64,000 bases of DNA. Source: Pseudomonadota bacterium. Lineage in GTDB: Bacteria > Bdellovibrionota_B > Oligoflexia > Silvanigrellales > Silvanigrellaceae. The stretch's first letter is position 1, and every line of letters begins with the position of its first letter. This document shows positions 37,499 to 48,176 of the stretch, one piece after another. The notes below the pieces were generated by a model. The model was not told the origin of the DNA. It saw nothing but the letters and a program-made list of their open reading frames with translations, and did no database searches. Location: NCBI GenBank assembly GCA_039799905.1, contig JBDLRP010000041.1, positions 64,001 to 128,000 of the forward strand. Reading direction: 5' to 3'. The position numbers were made by a program, and so were the translations under genes.

Positions 37499-38771
37499 CG
37501 TTCGTTTCTCCATTCTTGGCTTCGCGATAATACAACCCGGAAAAATCACCTCGACACGGCTGCCCTGCGGCATCGACGAAGGCGATTTCCAACAACAAGA
37601 CAAAAAGCCGTCCATCGTTCAGGCAATCAGCAACAGCCGGATCGGCGCGCCAGCGGCAAAGGTCTTTCAACGATGTCACAATCACTTCAGAGCCAGCGAA
37701 AAACTCGGCAGCAGCGGGAGTTAGCTCACCATGGTCTGGCAGTTGGAGGGTACCAAAAATCTCAGGCTGCACAGCCGACACCTGTCGCGCCTGCGTGGTC
37801 AGCGTATCGATGAATCTATGTGGCCGTGCGAGGCCGGTCACGACCCTGCACCGCTGCGGCCATTCGTTTGAAGAAACTCGCGTCAGCGCAATCCCCAAAC
37901 CGGCAGGGACTGCACAGGCCCTGACCAGACACGCCTTTTCGACCGCAAAAAGTTCACCTGTATTTTTGCGAGCCAGAACTTCTCGCGCCTCAGCGACTGT
38001 GCGGCTGAACTCGGGCCAGTTATCAGCACTCAGCAGACGCGACCAAACCACAACATCCGCGCGCGGAATGGAATCTGACCACAGGAATGAGGGCAAACCG
38101 CAGCGATAGGGACCAAAGGGCAGACACCATCTCGGCGCGCGCAGCAGCGATTGCGGATCCCACACAACCACATCGTGATGCACCGGGAGAGTCACCTGCG
38201 AAAGTCCGTCATCGAGCAGGACAACTAAAGGACGCACTCGTTGCCCGAGCGACATCTGTTCGCGGTCTTTCAAAATCGCGCCCAACAGCGAGCCGCGATT
38301 AGAGCACTGGCCAATCCAGAGCCACTGTTGATCAGTCAATTCTTCGCGCAATAAAAGCGCATGCTCCAGGCTTTCGTCGGAGAATTTTCCACTTTCGAGC
38401 GGTGTGCCTGATTTAATATCACCGGCATTCAAAGCTGCAAAAACAAGCCCCGCATCCTCACGTCCATACCCGCGCGAAAGAATGGCGACATCGAATCCGG
38501 ACGTAAAAGCCATGCGCGCCAGCGACCGGACAATCGGACTTTTTCCTGTTCCGCCGACGGCGACGTTCCCGACTGAAATGATCCACGGCTCCTCGGCTGT
38601 TGGACGAATCTGCAAACGCACCCGTTGGCCCGCACGCATGGCAGAAAGCGCAGACCAGATCAGACTCAAAGGAGCGGCGACAAAAAAGCTGAACAAAGCG
38701 AAGAAAAAATCGCGTTGCATGAGAGGCAATTCAAGTTGGGTACGCCATCGCTCGGTCAGCGCAGTTTTCAT
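37485..38771 (-). CDS. lpxK: Tetraacyldisaccharide 4'-kinase
   Basis: ISVGNVAVGGTGKSP, ILSRGYG, LLDDG, LPFGPYR, TSLKD. Confidence 0.88.
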   Translation of the reverse strand: MKTALTERWRTQLELPLMQRDFFFALFSFFVAAPLSLIWSALSAMRAGQRVRLQIRPTAEEPWIISVGNVAVGGTGKSPIVRSLARMAFTSGFDVAILSRGYGREDAGLVFAALNAGDIKSGTPLESGKFSDESLEHALLLREELTDQQWLWIGQCSNRGSLLGAILKDREQMSLGQRVRPLVVLLDDGLSQVTLPVHHDVVVWDPQSLLRAPRWCLPFGPYRCGLPSFLWSDSIPRADVVVWSRLLSADNWPEFSRTVAEAREVLARKNTGELFAVEKACLVRACAVPAGLGIALTRVSSNEWPQRCRVVTGLARPHRFIDTLTTQARQVSAVQPEIFGTLQLPDHGELTPAAAEFFAGSEVIVTSLKDLCRWRADPAVADCLNDGRLFVLLLEIAFVDAAGQPCRGDFSGLYYREAKNGETNDDSP

Positions 38772-40630
38772 GTCGAGGAGAGCTCCGCCGTTGATTCACT
38801 CCGACTGCTCTCTTCCACTTGTTGCGAATATTGAGCGAGAATTTCTGCACCGCTGCCTCGGGCGATTATTTTTCCTTGTGAAAAGAGGTGACACTCGTCG
38901 AATTCAGCGAGATCCTTCCAGTGGTGGGTCACTGCAACAACAGTGCGTGACTCGCCCGCCTGCCTCTGCCACTTCCAGACTGCAGACCAAAATGCCGCTG
39001 CGGACTCTTTGTCCAAATTTGCAGTCGGTTCATCAAGCAGTAAAACCGGCCTATCTGCATACAGCAATCGCGCCAACGCAACACGAGCCCGCTCACCACC
39101 CGAAAGCCCCTCACCCATGAAGCCAACTTTTTTGTTCAGAAAAAGCTCTGCTCCGGCCTGCGTGTGTGCCAGCATCAGGTTGATGATGAGAACCTTGGCT
39201 CGTTCACGCGCGAGCTGAATTTCGCTGTTTTGAGTCAATTGCGCAGGATAGACGATGTTGTCGAAGACTGTTCCCTGAAAGACATACGGCGTTTGGGTTG
39301 CCAACAGTGCATTTTGGGCACCTGAAACAATACCCTGAGAAGGCGGAAGCAAGCCAGCCATCAGTCTCAGTAAAGTCGACTTGCCGGCCCCACTTTCGCC
39401 AACAAAAGCAACTCTTGATTTGCACCTGACCTCGAGACTGCAGGGGAAAAGAATTCTCTTTCCGTCGTGCGAGTCGTAGGCAACGTCCTGCACAGCCAAA
39501 GCGACGGAAGGGCGAAGATTTTCGACCACAATCGACGTCGCGACCTCCGCACTTGCGCGGGTTTTCATCCATTCATCTGCAAGACGCAGCCAGACTGCTT
39601 TGAGCTCGGCAAATTGTGAAACAAAAGAAGAGACGTTTTTTAGCGGCCGGAACGACAATGCAGCAAGTACAAACAACGTCGAATATGCAGCCACATCTGT
39701 GTCAGGTCCCATATTCAAACGCCACAGAAGTGCGCCAGCCAGAACACCGACCGCGACAATTTCCATCGCGGGACGAAAGACAGTGCGCAAGAAAAAAGAT
39801 TTTCTTATAAACGAATAATAATCGTCACTCATGTGCGAGATGTCGTCGTACTCGCGCTGTTGGGCTCCCATCGCAAAAATCGGCAGCAACCCATTGCGCA
39901 TTTGCAACGCACGCGTGGACAGGCTCACCTGTCTGCGCGCGCTTTCGCGGGTGTAAAATTCAAGTCTGCGCGATACTCCGCGCAGCAGCAGAAAAAATGG
40001 AACAAAGATGAGAATGAGAACGATAAAAAATTGCGATGCGACAACCAACATCGAAGCGGCGGCGGCGACGACAACAAGCCCGTCCCGCAGTGCGCCTATG
40101 GTGCCCTTGCTGACCATCGACTGCATCAGTGTCGTGTCGAGAAGAATTCTGTTTGTCAGCTCATCGGGATTGCGCCGATCCAGAATTCTACCCGAAGTAT
40201 GAAGGTATGAATTGAGAAAGCCCGCACGCAATGCGTGCGCAACCCGATGTCCGGCGCGTTCGAGCAAATAATTGCTGCCAAAGCTTGTCAGCAGGCGAAC
40301 AAAACCAATAACCACAAGAGAAGCGGGCACCAGAGTTGTGAGTTCGCGCGGTCCGACGGATGCCAGTGAAGGAAAAAAATCAGCAACCTGCCGCGGGAGA
40401 ATACTCAGCAGATTTGCTTCTTCGGAACTTACAAAAATAAGCTGAAGCAAAGCTCCGGTTGCAAAACCCAGCGCAACTTCGGTGAGCGCATGCAACGGAC
40501 TCAGCAACAGTCCAAAAACAACGTCCATGCGTGCCGCCGACCAGATCAGAGAAAACAGCGGATGCCGCCAGAAATCTCCAGACACATTTGCCGTTTGCGG
40601 CGGACTCCCGTTCACTGATTCAGCCCCCAC
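38768..40630 (-). CDS. msbA: ABC exporter, MsbA-like (TMD + NBD)
   Basis: N-terminal TMD, GESGAGKST, LSGGE, LLLDEPT; lies between lpxB and lpxK. Confidence 0.75.
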   Translation of the reverse strand: MGAESVNGSPPQTANVSGDFWRHPLFSLIWSAARMDVVFGLLLSPLHALTEVALGFATGALLQLIFVSSEEANLLSILPRQVADFFPSLASVGPRELTTLVPASLVVIGFVRLLTSFGSNYLLERAGHRVAHALRAGFLNSYLHTSGRILDRRNPDELTNRILLDTTLMQSMVSKGTIGALRDGLVVVAAAASMLVVASQFFIVLILIFVPFFLLLRGVSRRLEFYTRESARRQVSLSTRALQMRNGLLPIFAMGAQQREYDDISHMSDDYYSFIRKSFFLRTVFRPAMEIVAVGVLAGALLWRLNMGPDTDVAAYSTLFVLAALSFRPLKNVSSFVSQFAELKAVWLRLADEWMKTRASAEVATSIVVENLRPSVALAVQDVAYDSHDGKRILFPCSLEVRCKSRVAFVGESGAGKSTLLRLMAGLLPPSQGIVSGAQNALLATQTPYVFQGTVFDNIVYPAQLTQNSEIQLARERAKVLIINLMLAHTQAGAELFLNKKVGFMGEGLSGGERARVALARLLYADRPVLLLDEPTANLDKESAAAFWSAVWKWQRQAGESRTVVAVTHHWKDLAEFDECHLFSQGKIIARGSGAEILAQYSQQVEESSRSESTAELSST

Positions 40631-41904
40631 TCTTTATCCTCAAGGCGCAGATCGCGCGCCGACTTCCAATGAAAGCGTCGCGCCAAACCGTCGGGGAGAT
40701 CAGTAAAACAATCAAAAATTGCACGAGCCGCGTTTTGTGCGCTGTCGTGAGGAAAAAGGCTACTCAAGGCGAGCAGGCTCTCACGCATTGCATTTTCCTT
40801 TTGTGCAGAATTCAGAATGCTCAGGGCATGACTACTGAGTGTCGCAGCAGTCGCGCTGTCCTGTATAAACTCAGGTACCAGCTCAGTTCCGCCGCACAGA
40901 TTTTCCAGACTGATATAGGGAAGCCTGACAATACGTTTGGCAATCGCATAGGAAAGCCAGTGCATTTTATACACCACCGAATGCGGAACACCCAAAAGCG
41001 CAGTCTCGAGCGCTGCCGTCCCGGAGCACACCCATGCATAGCGGCAGTCCGAAAGAATGTGAATCAAAGGTTTGTTGCAAATGAATTCGATATCCTGACG
41101 CGCAGATTCTGCAGAGGCTGCATGCAACGCCTCACCGAGCAGAATTTCCAATCGCGATTGCGAGACCGTCGGTGCGACAGGGACAACCGCCTTGAGATGA
41201 CCGCCCAAAGCAGAGCGAGTCTTCAAAAATGCTCCGATCATTTCCGGAAAAACGCGTTCAATTTCACCAGTTCTACTGCCGGGTACAATCCCCACACAAA
41301 CGGGCGCATTTTGCTTCGCAGCACTATTGAGAGCTGGCTTCGCCGACAAATAAGCGCGTACTTCATCACTGAGCGGATTGCCGACAAAACGCGCGTTGAC
41401 TCCTGCGTGACGCAACAACTTTTCCTCGAAGGGCAAAATACAGGTCACCAGATACGTACAGTCGCGCAAACGCGCGGCGCGTCCCGCACCGTGCGCCCAG
41501 ACTTTTGGAGGAATGTGGTAGACAACACACGATCCCAGATGAAAAGCATCTTCCATCAGCCTCATGTTGAGACCCGGGTAGTCAATAAGAATTGTAATGT
41601 CCGGACGACGGAGACGTAATTCGCTCTGCAGCCTGTGGGCAGCCGCGGACAGGCGCGGATACACCGCCATCACCTCGGCGAATCCCATGGCACTGAGCTC
41701 TTCGATGCGCACAACGGGTTCGACGCCCGCTTCTTTCATCAGCCGTCCGGCACTTCCCCAAAGTGATAATTTGAAACCTGCGGCATCGCCGACGCCGCGC
41801 AGAGCGCGAGCAAGCAAAGCCCCCTGAGCATCTCCGCTTGCTTCACCTGCCAGAAGACAGACCGACAAATTTTGCAATTCAGATTGTTGCCGAAATGTCG
41901 TCAT
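40612..41904 (-). CDS. lpxB: Lipid-A-disaccharide synthase
   Basis: AGEASGD, IDYPGLN, PPKVWA, ILPFE, FVGNPL, PGSR, SGTAALE. Confidence 0.93.
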   Translation of the reverse strand: MTTFRQQSELQNLSVCLLAGEASGDAQGALLARALRGVGDAAGFKLSLWGSAGRLMKEAGVEPVVRIEELSAMGFAEVMAVYPRLSAAAHRLQSELRLRRPDITILIDYPGLNMRLMEDAFHLGSCVVYHIPPKVWAHGAGRAARLRDCTYLVTCILPFEEKLLRHAGVNARFVGNPLSDEVRAYLSAKPALNSAAKQNAPVCVGIVPGSRTGEIERVFPEMIGAFLKTRSALGGHLKAVVPVAPTVSQSRLEILLGEALHAASAESARQDIEFICNKPLIHILSDCRYAWVCSGTAALETALLGVPHSVVYKMHWLSYAIAKRIVRLPYISLENLCGGTELVPEFIQDSATAATLSSHALSILNSAQKENAMRESLLALSSLFPHDSAQNAARAIFDCFTDLPDGLARRFHWKSARDLRLEDKEWGLNQ

Positions 41905-42712
41905 GGTTGCCTCCCACCTCAGGACGGACAACTCCGCGGCGGGCGGACTGAATGAACTCGGCCAGCCGCAGCGCATGCAGATTGTCCAGCAATCCTTGCT
42001 GGCGGCAAGCTTCCATGGTTTCCGCCACTGTAGGCAAGGGATTGAGGAAGAATTGTTTGTAAACGGATTTCAGCACGGCCAAATCAGAAGCAGTCAGTCC
42101 GCGGCGCTTCATGCCGATGACGTTCATGCCCCGCAAGGTCGCCCGATCGCCCTGAGCCACGCAAAACGTCGGAACATCCTGTACCACAATAGATCCGGCG
42201 CCAATCATCGCCATGTCACCGATTCGGCAGAATTGATGTATTCCCGAAATGCCGCCGACAACAACCCCGTTGTGAATTTCTACGTGTCCCGAGAGCTGAA
42301 CTGAATTGGCAAAAATATTGTCATTGCCAATAATGCAGTCGTGCGCGACGTGGGTGTAGGCCATGAACAGGTTGTTGCTTCCGACAACAGTCTTTCCGCC
42401 ACCCTGAACCGTACCGGGTTGGAGGGTTGCACACTCGCGGATTTTGTTGCGGTCACCAATCAGAAGAAGTGTCGGCTCGCCTTTGTATTTGAGGTCCTGT
42501 GGCGTATGACCGACGCTCGCAAACGGAAAGATTTCATTGTGCTCGCCAATCGTCGTGTGACCTTCGAGAACCACATGCGAGTGCAGTTTTGTTCCGCGCC
42601 CGATCTTCACATGAGCCCCGACGGTGCAATAGGGACCGACGAAGACGTCTGGGTCGAGTTGAGCTTCGGGGTGCACAATGGCGGTGGGATGAATGATGAC
42701 AGACTGAGTCAT
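41879..42712 (-). CDS. lpxA: UDP-N-acetylglucosamine O-acyltransferase
   Basis: IHPTAIV hexapeptide repeats, PQDLKY, MAYTHVAHDC, HQFCRIG. Confidence 0.96.
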   Translation of the reverse strand: MTQSVIIHPTAIVHPEAQLDPDVFVGPYCTVGAHVKIGRGTKLHSHVVLEGHTTIGEHNEIFPFASVGHTPQDLKYKGEPTLLLIGDRNKIRECATLQPGTVQGGGKTVVGSNNLFMAYTHVAHDCIIGNDNIFANSVQLSGHVEIHNGVVVGGISGIHQFCRIGDMAMIGAGSIVVQDVPTFCVAQGDRATLRGMNVIGMKRRGLTASDLAVLKSVYKQFFLNPLPTVAETMEACRQQGLLDNLHALRLAEFIQSARRGVVRPEVGGNHDDISATI

Positions 42713-42758
42713 GGTTGATTTCCTTCGCTAAACCGTTCGCTGGCGGACATACTGTGAC

Positions 42759-43229
42759 TCAGAGCTTGGGTGCCTGAGCCAGAATCGCCGAAAATTTCGC
42801 TTCGACGGCAATCTCCCCATCGATTTTTGCAATTCCCGTAAACCAGACAAAAGGCCCGCGATGGCGTTCATATTTCGCATAATAATGGATGACATCGCCC
42901 GGAACGACAGGACGGCGAAACTTCACCTCATCGAGTCCGGTCAACATGCACTTCTTTTCAACCTTTGTTCCCTGCCGCTCAAAATTGGCAAAACACATGG
43001 CAGCTGCAGTCTGGGCAAGTCCCTCAACCAAATAAACACCGGGAACAATCGGCTGACCCGGAAAGTGACCAGCAAGGTAAGACTCTCCGCCCGTCACACA
43101 TTTCACAGCGTGAATTTCAAGGGTGTCGAAATCGATGGATTGCACCTTGTCGACAAGCAACAGCGGAGGCCGGTGCGGCAAAAGCTCACAGACTTTCAAA
43201 TAATCCATCAAAGGCTTTTGTGTTTCCAT
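42759..43229 (-). CDS. fabZ: 3-hydroxyacyl-ACP dehydratase
   Basis: LPHRPPLLLVD, GHFPGQPIVPGV..E, FRRPVVPGD. Confidence 0.95.
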   Translation of the reverse strand: METQKPLMDYLKVCELLPHRPPLLLVDKVQSIDFDTLEIHAVKCVTGGESYLAGHFPGQPIVPGVYLVEGLAQTAAAMCFANFERQGTKVEKKCMLTGLDEVKFRRPVVPGDVIHYYAKYERHRGPFVWFTGIAKIDGEIAVEAKFSAILAQAPKL

Positions 43230-43264
43230 CTCCCGTTCGCTCCCTCATTCAAGACTGAAAAAAA

Positions 43265-44305
43265 TTATTCTTCGGTTGAAGCCAACCGCTTTTTGCGTTT
43301 TTCTTCGCGTTCTTTAACGACTTGCGAAAAAACTGCTTCACGCTTCAAAAAATCGCGATTTGGTCGAGCCGGAAATCCAACATAGACTCCGGTCTCGTTG
43401 AGACTCCGGGTCACACCAGACTGAGCCAGCACAGTGACCTTGTCGACAATCTTCAAATGACCAGCCACACCCACCTGCCCTGCCAAAGTCACTCGGTCGC
43501 CTATTTCCGAGGATCCCGCAATTCCGCATTGGGCAGCGACAAAACAGGCACGGCCGATTTTGACATTGTGTCCGACCTGCACAAGCGAATCGATTTTCGT
43601 CTGCGCTCCAATCTGCGTGTTGAGCATGGCGCCTCGGTCCACGGAAGCGTTGCTGCCCAACTCGACATCAGCGGCAAGTTCAACACCACCCACCTGCGGA
43701 ATCTTGATGTTCTCCAACCCGGAAGGTGCAAAACCGAAACCATCTCCGCCGACAACCGCACCCGGGTTGAGAATACACCGGTCGCCGAGGTGGCATCCTT
43801 CCCGCACAACACTGTTTGGATAAAGAATGCAGTCGGCACCGATACTCGATCCACCACCGACAAACGATCCCGCGTAGAGAACCGAGCCCTTTCCGACAAC
43901 TGCTCCCGGACCAACATAGACGAATGGAAACACAGTGACTGTGGGATCCAGTTGCGCACTCGAGTCGATGTAGGCTTGTCCCGAGACCCCATGAAAACCA
44001 TGCGCAGGCTTGAAAAAAAACTGCGACACACGGGCAAAAGTTGCATAAGGATCGCGGCACACAAGCAAGACGGAATGCGGGTGATCACGCAATACCTCGG
44101 CATGCGCCTCACTGCACAAAATCGCGCCCGCACGGCTGGAGCGCGCGTCGTCGAGATATTTTTCATTGCTGAGGAAGGCGAGCTGATCTGGTTGGGCCGC
44201 AGACAAAACTGATAAACCTGTAAAAGGACCGGCATGAGCCGGCCCCTTCGAAGTGAAAACAGTGCAGGAGAATTTCTCGCAGATTTCCGCGAGCGTCAGA
44301 GCCAT
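43265..44305 (-). CDS. lpxD: UDP-3-O-(3-hydroxyacyl)glucosamine N-acyltransferase
   Basis: GGDGFGFA, KIPQVG, TKIDSLVQVGHNV, hexapeptide repeats. Confidence 0.96.
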   Translation of the reverse strand: MALTLAEICEKFSCTVFTSKGPAHAGPFTGLSVLSAAQPDQLAFLSNEKYLDDARSSRAGAILCSEAHAEVLRDHPHSVLLVCRDPYATFARVSQFFFKPAHGFHGVSGQAYIDSSAQLDPTVTVFPFVYVGPGAVVGKGSVLYAGSFVGGGSSIGADCILYPNSVVREGCHLGDRCILNPGAVVGGDGFGFAPSGLENIKIPQVGGVELAADVELGSNASVDRGAMLNTQIGAQTKIDSLVQVGHNVKIGRACFVAAQCGIAGSSEIGDRVTLAGQVGVAGHLKIVDKVTVLAQSGVTRSLNETGVYVGFPARPNRDFLKREAVFSQVVKEREEKRKKRLASTEE

Positions 44306-44889
44306 TACTTTTTAACCTTGTGACGTTGATTGTAGAGCGTCACGATATCGGCCGTGATGTCTGAGTTCTGAGCGATGTAAAGCACAGCACCGGCGCCCTT
44401 CTCGAACACCAAATCGAAGCTGTTCTTCTTCGCATATTCTTCGACAATTACGGACAACTTCTGGAAAATCTTTTGCGTCTCCTGCATTTCTTTTTGGCGC
44501 ACTTCCTGATCAAGTGTCACCTGAGCGCGCTGGAATGCCATAAATTTTGCCTGCAGGTCGCGTGCCTTTGAGCCTTTTTCATCTTCCGACAAAACAGCGC
44601 GCTTGGCCTCGAAATCATCTTCGAGTTTTTTCAGCTCTTGCTGCTGATTGAGCAGATCCTTCTTTCGCGAGTCAACTTCTTTTTCAATCTTAGCCTTCGC
44701 AGCCTTGCCTTCTTCGGTTTGCAGAATGGCAACCTGGAAATCAATCAGAGCAACACGGTTGGCACTCACTCCGGATTTTGCCGCAGGAGCAGCGAGCGCG
44801 ACACCCGAAGCCGAAAGAGCAACAGCAGATACTGCAAGGACAAGAGCCTGACTCATCGAAAATACTTGCTTTGCGAAAATACGGTTCAC
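44305..44889 (-). CDS. skp: OmpH/Skp periplasmic chaperone
   Basis: Signal peptide, VALIDFQ, long coiled coil, FDLVF...DIT; between bamA and lpxD. Confidence 0.9.
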   Translation of the reverse strand: MNRIFAKQVFSMSQALVLAVSAVALSASGVALAAPAAKSGVSANRVALIDFQVAILQTEEGKAAKAKIEKEVDSRKKDLLNQQQELKKLEDDFEAKRAVLSEDEKGSKARDLQAKFMAFQRAQVTLDQEVRQKEMQETQKIFQKLSVIVEEYAKKNSFDLVFEKGAGAVLYIAQNSDITADIVTLYNQRHKVKK

Positions 44890-44929
44890 AGCGGAATCCT
44901 CCAGTAACGATATGGCTGTTGTGCCTGAA

Positions 44930-47335
44930 TCAGCGTGTCAGGCTCGAAACATTATCATTTCCAACGGAAAAGATGAACTCCATGGTACCCAGCTTGCCGC
45001 CGCGCTGCAAAGGCCACGCCCACTCAAAGCGGAAGGGTGCAATCGGGGTCTGCCAACGCAAGCCGAAGCCCACGTCATGTTTGAAGTTATCCAATTTCAG
45101 GACATCCCTGTCGTCAAGCACGGTTCCCGATTCAAGAAAGCTGACGAGCCGCAAGTTGGCTTCCGGAATCAGCGGGACAAAGTACTCCGCCGCTCCGTAA
45201 ATGCGCCGGTTTCCACCTGCCATAATGCGGTTGACATCAGTCGCAAACGGGCCGTTGAGAACCTCGATGCGCGGACCGATGGTGTTTTCTTCCTGATAGT
45301 AGGCCTTCATGTTGTAAAGCGAACCCAGACTCAATCTCTCCCAATAGGGAATCGTTTTTCCGTTGACCGGATAAACCATGGCTGGCTCCAAGGCGAAGCG
45401 GAAGTTGGTCTTGAAATCCTCTCCGATAACCAGTGGCAGGTAGTAGCTCATCGACAGTTCCGCCAAGCCGAACTGATGTGTGCCGCCGAGCAGCTTCAAG
45501 GCCAGTGAGTTGGTCGCTGACAACGAAAAGCCTGAGGTCGGCATCAGGAAACTGTCGGTTTTGTCGAAAGTCAGAGATTGTGTGAGTTTTTCGGTGACAC
45601 CCTGTTTGGTAAACAAACGACCGATCGGCGTGACGTCGTTGCGGATGACACGCTCCACGGAATAACCACCGCTGACGCGAAGGTCTTCGACAACCTCACG
45701 TCCGACACTCGTACCAACGCGAAGCACCTTCGAAAAACGCTCCGGCTCAAACGGAATCGGTTGCGACAGCTCGTAATCGTAAGCGGCAAAACCGGTCAGG
45801 CTCCATGGACCATCGTTGATGCTGGGCTCGGTCAGATTGACATTCAGGCTGTAGCTACCGGTTGGCTGGAAGTTAAGCGACAAACCAGCGTTCCAGCCCT
45901 TTCCGAGAAGGTTTGCCTCAGAATAAGAACCTTGAGCGAAGAAATTGATTTTGCGATTTTTATCCGACGGCGATGCGCCCAGCGACGCAGAAAGAGTTCC
46001 GGTCGACTTTTCCTTCACCTTGATTCTCAGATCCATGCGGTTGTTACGCACGTCGGGCTCACGCAGGATTTGCACTTCCTGAAAATAACCGAGCCGCTCG
46101 ATCGAGGCTTTGCTTTTTTCGAGCCTAGTCGCGTGAAAGAGTTCTCCTTCGGCAACTTTCATATTTCTGCGTATGACGTTGTCGCGGGTCTTGGCATTGC
46201 CCTCGACGACGATATTGCGGAAGTAAACCTTCTCGCCCTTGGTGATGGCGAATTCGATGCTGATCTGCTTTGTCTCGCGGTTGGCCTCGGTCTTTGGAAG
46301 GATGTCGGCAAAGGCATAGCCGTGATCGCCATAGAGATCGGTGAGCATACGCAAGTCATTTTGGAATTGAGAAATGCGGAACCACTTTCCGGATTTCATC
46401 TGGAACTTCTCAATGAGTTCTTGCTCGGAATAAAGAGCCTCGCCGCTTGGGTTCTGCAGCAGCTCACCGCTGATCTTGACAGTCCCGACCTGAAAGCGCT
46501 CACCCTCTTCGACGTTGAAACTCACATCGACAGTCTGCCGGCCAATGTCCAGACGCGACTGTGGTGTTGAAACGTTCACCTCCGCGAATCCGCTGTCACG
46601 GTATATATACGAGAGGAATTCTTTATCGCGGTTGATGAACTCGTCTTTGAAAGCGCCTGCGCTTGTCAGCCACGAAGACCAGCGTTTCTCGCGTGTCGCC
46701 ATATTGTTCTTCAATTCCGTGTCAGAAAAGTGCGCATTTCCGAGCAAATTCACATGCGCAACCCAGACAGGATTGTTCTCAACGACTTGATAAACCAGCA
46801 CAACCTCGCCGGTATCCTGCGGCTCGATGGTGTACGAAGCACGCGCAAGGTAATAACCCTTTTCGACGTAGCTTTGCTCGATCATGCGCAGGTCTGCGGT
46901 CATCTTACGTTCATCAAGAATGGTGAATTTTTTAACCTGCAGCTTATCAGAGAGGCTTGTTGAAGAGATGGCATCGAAGCCGACGAATTTAATTTCTCGT
47001 ACGCTCGGCTTTTCATCAACCACAACGGTAAGAACTACGCCGTTGGGCCGTGTTTGTGCATCGATTCTCACGTTCTCAAAATAGCCGCTGTTGAAAATGC
47101 TGCGAACGTCTTCGCTAATCTCACTTTGATTGAGCGAACCGCCAATCTTGGAATCCATGAGACCAAGAATCGCATCAGGCTGCACCGCATTGCTGCCCTT
47201 GATCTGAATGTCGATTATTTTTTGCTGGGCATCGGAACCCAGCGCAGCCGAATGCCTGTCCGCCGCAAACACACCGAGCAGGACGGTGAAATTCAAAATC
47301 ATGGCGGGCCATAAGCGCCTGAACCTTAAGGTCAT
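44930..47335 (-). CDS. bamA: Outer membrane protein assembly factor BamA
   Basis: POTRA repeats (GNAKTRDNVIRR, LGYFQEV), barrel ending GFGLRWQTPIAPFRFEWA; ORF is open from 47362. Confidence 0.95.
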   Translation of the reverse strand: MTLRFRRLWPAMILNFTVLLGVFAADRHSAALGSDAQQKIIDIQIKGSNAVQPDAILGLMDSKIGGSLNQSEISEDVRSIFNSGYFENVRIDAQTRPNGVVLTVVVDEKPSVREIKFVGFDAISSTSLSDKLQVKKFTILDERKMTADLRMIEQSYVEKGYYLARASYTIEPQDTGEVVLVYQVVENNPVWVAHVNLLGNAHFSDTELKNNMATREKRWSSWLTSAGAFKDEFINRDKEFLSYIYRDSGFAEVNVSTPQSRLDIGRQTVDVSFNVEEGERFQVGTVKISGELLQNPSGEALYSEQELIEKFQMKSGKWFRISQFQNDLRMLTDLYGDHGYAFADILPKTEANRETKQISIEFAITKGEKVYFRNIVVEGNAKTRDNVIRRNMKVAEGELFHATRLEKSKASIERLGYFQEVQILREPDVRNNRMDLRIKVKEKSTGTLSASLGASPSDKNRKINFFAQGSYSEANLLGKGWNAGLSLNFQPTGSYSLNVNLTEPSINDGPWSLTGFAAYDYELSQPIPFEPERFSKVLRVGTSVGREVVEDLRVSGGYSVERVIRNDVTPIGRLFTKQGVTEKLTQSLTFDKTDSFLMPTSGFSLSATNSLALKLLGGTHQFGLAELSMSYYLPLVIGEDFKTNFRFALEPAMVYPVNGKTIPYWERLSLGSLYNMKAYYQEENTIGPRIEVLNGPFATDVNRIMAGGNRRIYGAAEYFVPLIPEANLRLVSFLESGTVLDDRDVLKLDNFKHDVGFGLRWQTPIAPFRFEWAWPLQRGGKLGTMEFIFSVGNDNVSSLTR

Positions 47336-47461
47336 AGAACGAACACCCTTCTGTATTGGCAAGCGCGCCGACTATTTATCATTGGCGGCAAATTTGCAAA
47401 TTCTCACAGGGTTGCCGCAACAAAACTCAAAACGCGCGAACCGCGAAATCACCATCGCTCA

Positions 47462-48151
47462 TCAACGCGTTGAGTCGCCAATAATGCGTCCGTCGCGCAT
47501 TTCGATGCGACGCGGTAAAGAGTGTGCGAATTCCTGATTGTGGGTCACAACCATCAAGGTTGTTTTCAAATCGCGGTTTAATTCAGCAAAAAGCTGGTGA
47601 ATGTTTGCCGCATTTCGACTGTCGAGGTTTCCAGAAGGTTCGTCTGCCAGCACAAGGACCGGCTGATTGATCAGTGCTCGTGCAATTGCCACGCGTTGCT
47701 GCTCTCCTCCGCTCAATTGACCCGGAAAATGCCCGCTGCGTTTTCCAAGACCAACCCGATCAAGAAGAGACTCAGCCCTTTTGTAGGTTATTGTCGCATC
47801 ACCTCCTGCAATGAGGCCGGGCATGACAACATTTTCCAGCGCACTAAATTCAGGCAAAAGGTTGTTGTGCTGAAAAACAAATCCAATATGCCGGTTGCGG
47901 AAGTAGCTGACCTCACGGTCGCTGCCTTGAAACGGATCCATCCCCCCGACTCGGACACTGCCTGAACTCGGGGAATCCAATGCGCCGACGATATGCAGCA
48001 GGGTGCTCTTGCCAGAGCCGCTCTCTCCCACGATGGCAACACACTCACCGGCAGACACCGAAAACGAAACTCCTCCGAGCGCCTCAAGCTGAAGTTCACC
48101 CATGCGGTATATTTTCTGCAGGTCGCGCACTTCAACGGCCAATTCGGTCAT
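47462..48151 (-). CDS. lolD: Lipoprotein-releasing ABC transporter ATP-binding protein
   Basis: GESGSGKST, IGFVFQHNNLLPEFSALENV, LSGGEQQR, ADEPSGNLD; alternative GTG at 48166. Confidence 0.92.
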   Translation of the reverse strand: MTELAVEVRDLQKIYRMGELQLEALGGVSFSVSAGECVAIVGESGSGKSTLLHIVGALDSPSSGSVRVGGMDPFQGSDREVSYFRNRHIGFVFQHNNLLPEFSALENVVMPGLIAGGDATITYKRAESLLDRVGLGKRSGHFPGQLSGGEQQRVAIARALINQPVLVLADEPSGNLDSRNAANIHQLFAELNRDLKTTLMVVTHNQEFAHSLPRRIEMRDGRIIGDSTR

Positions 48152-48176
48152 CTTTTCATCCTTCACTCAGACAATC

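Noticed and set aside
40531..46570. Long plus-strand ORFs (40531-41619, 43322-44212, 45578-46570)
   Set aside because: Antisense shadows of lpxB, lpxD and bamA.
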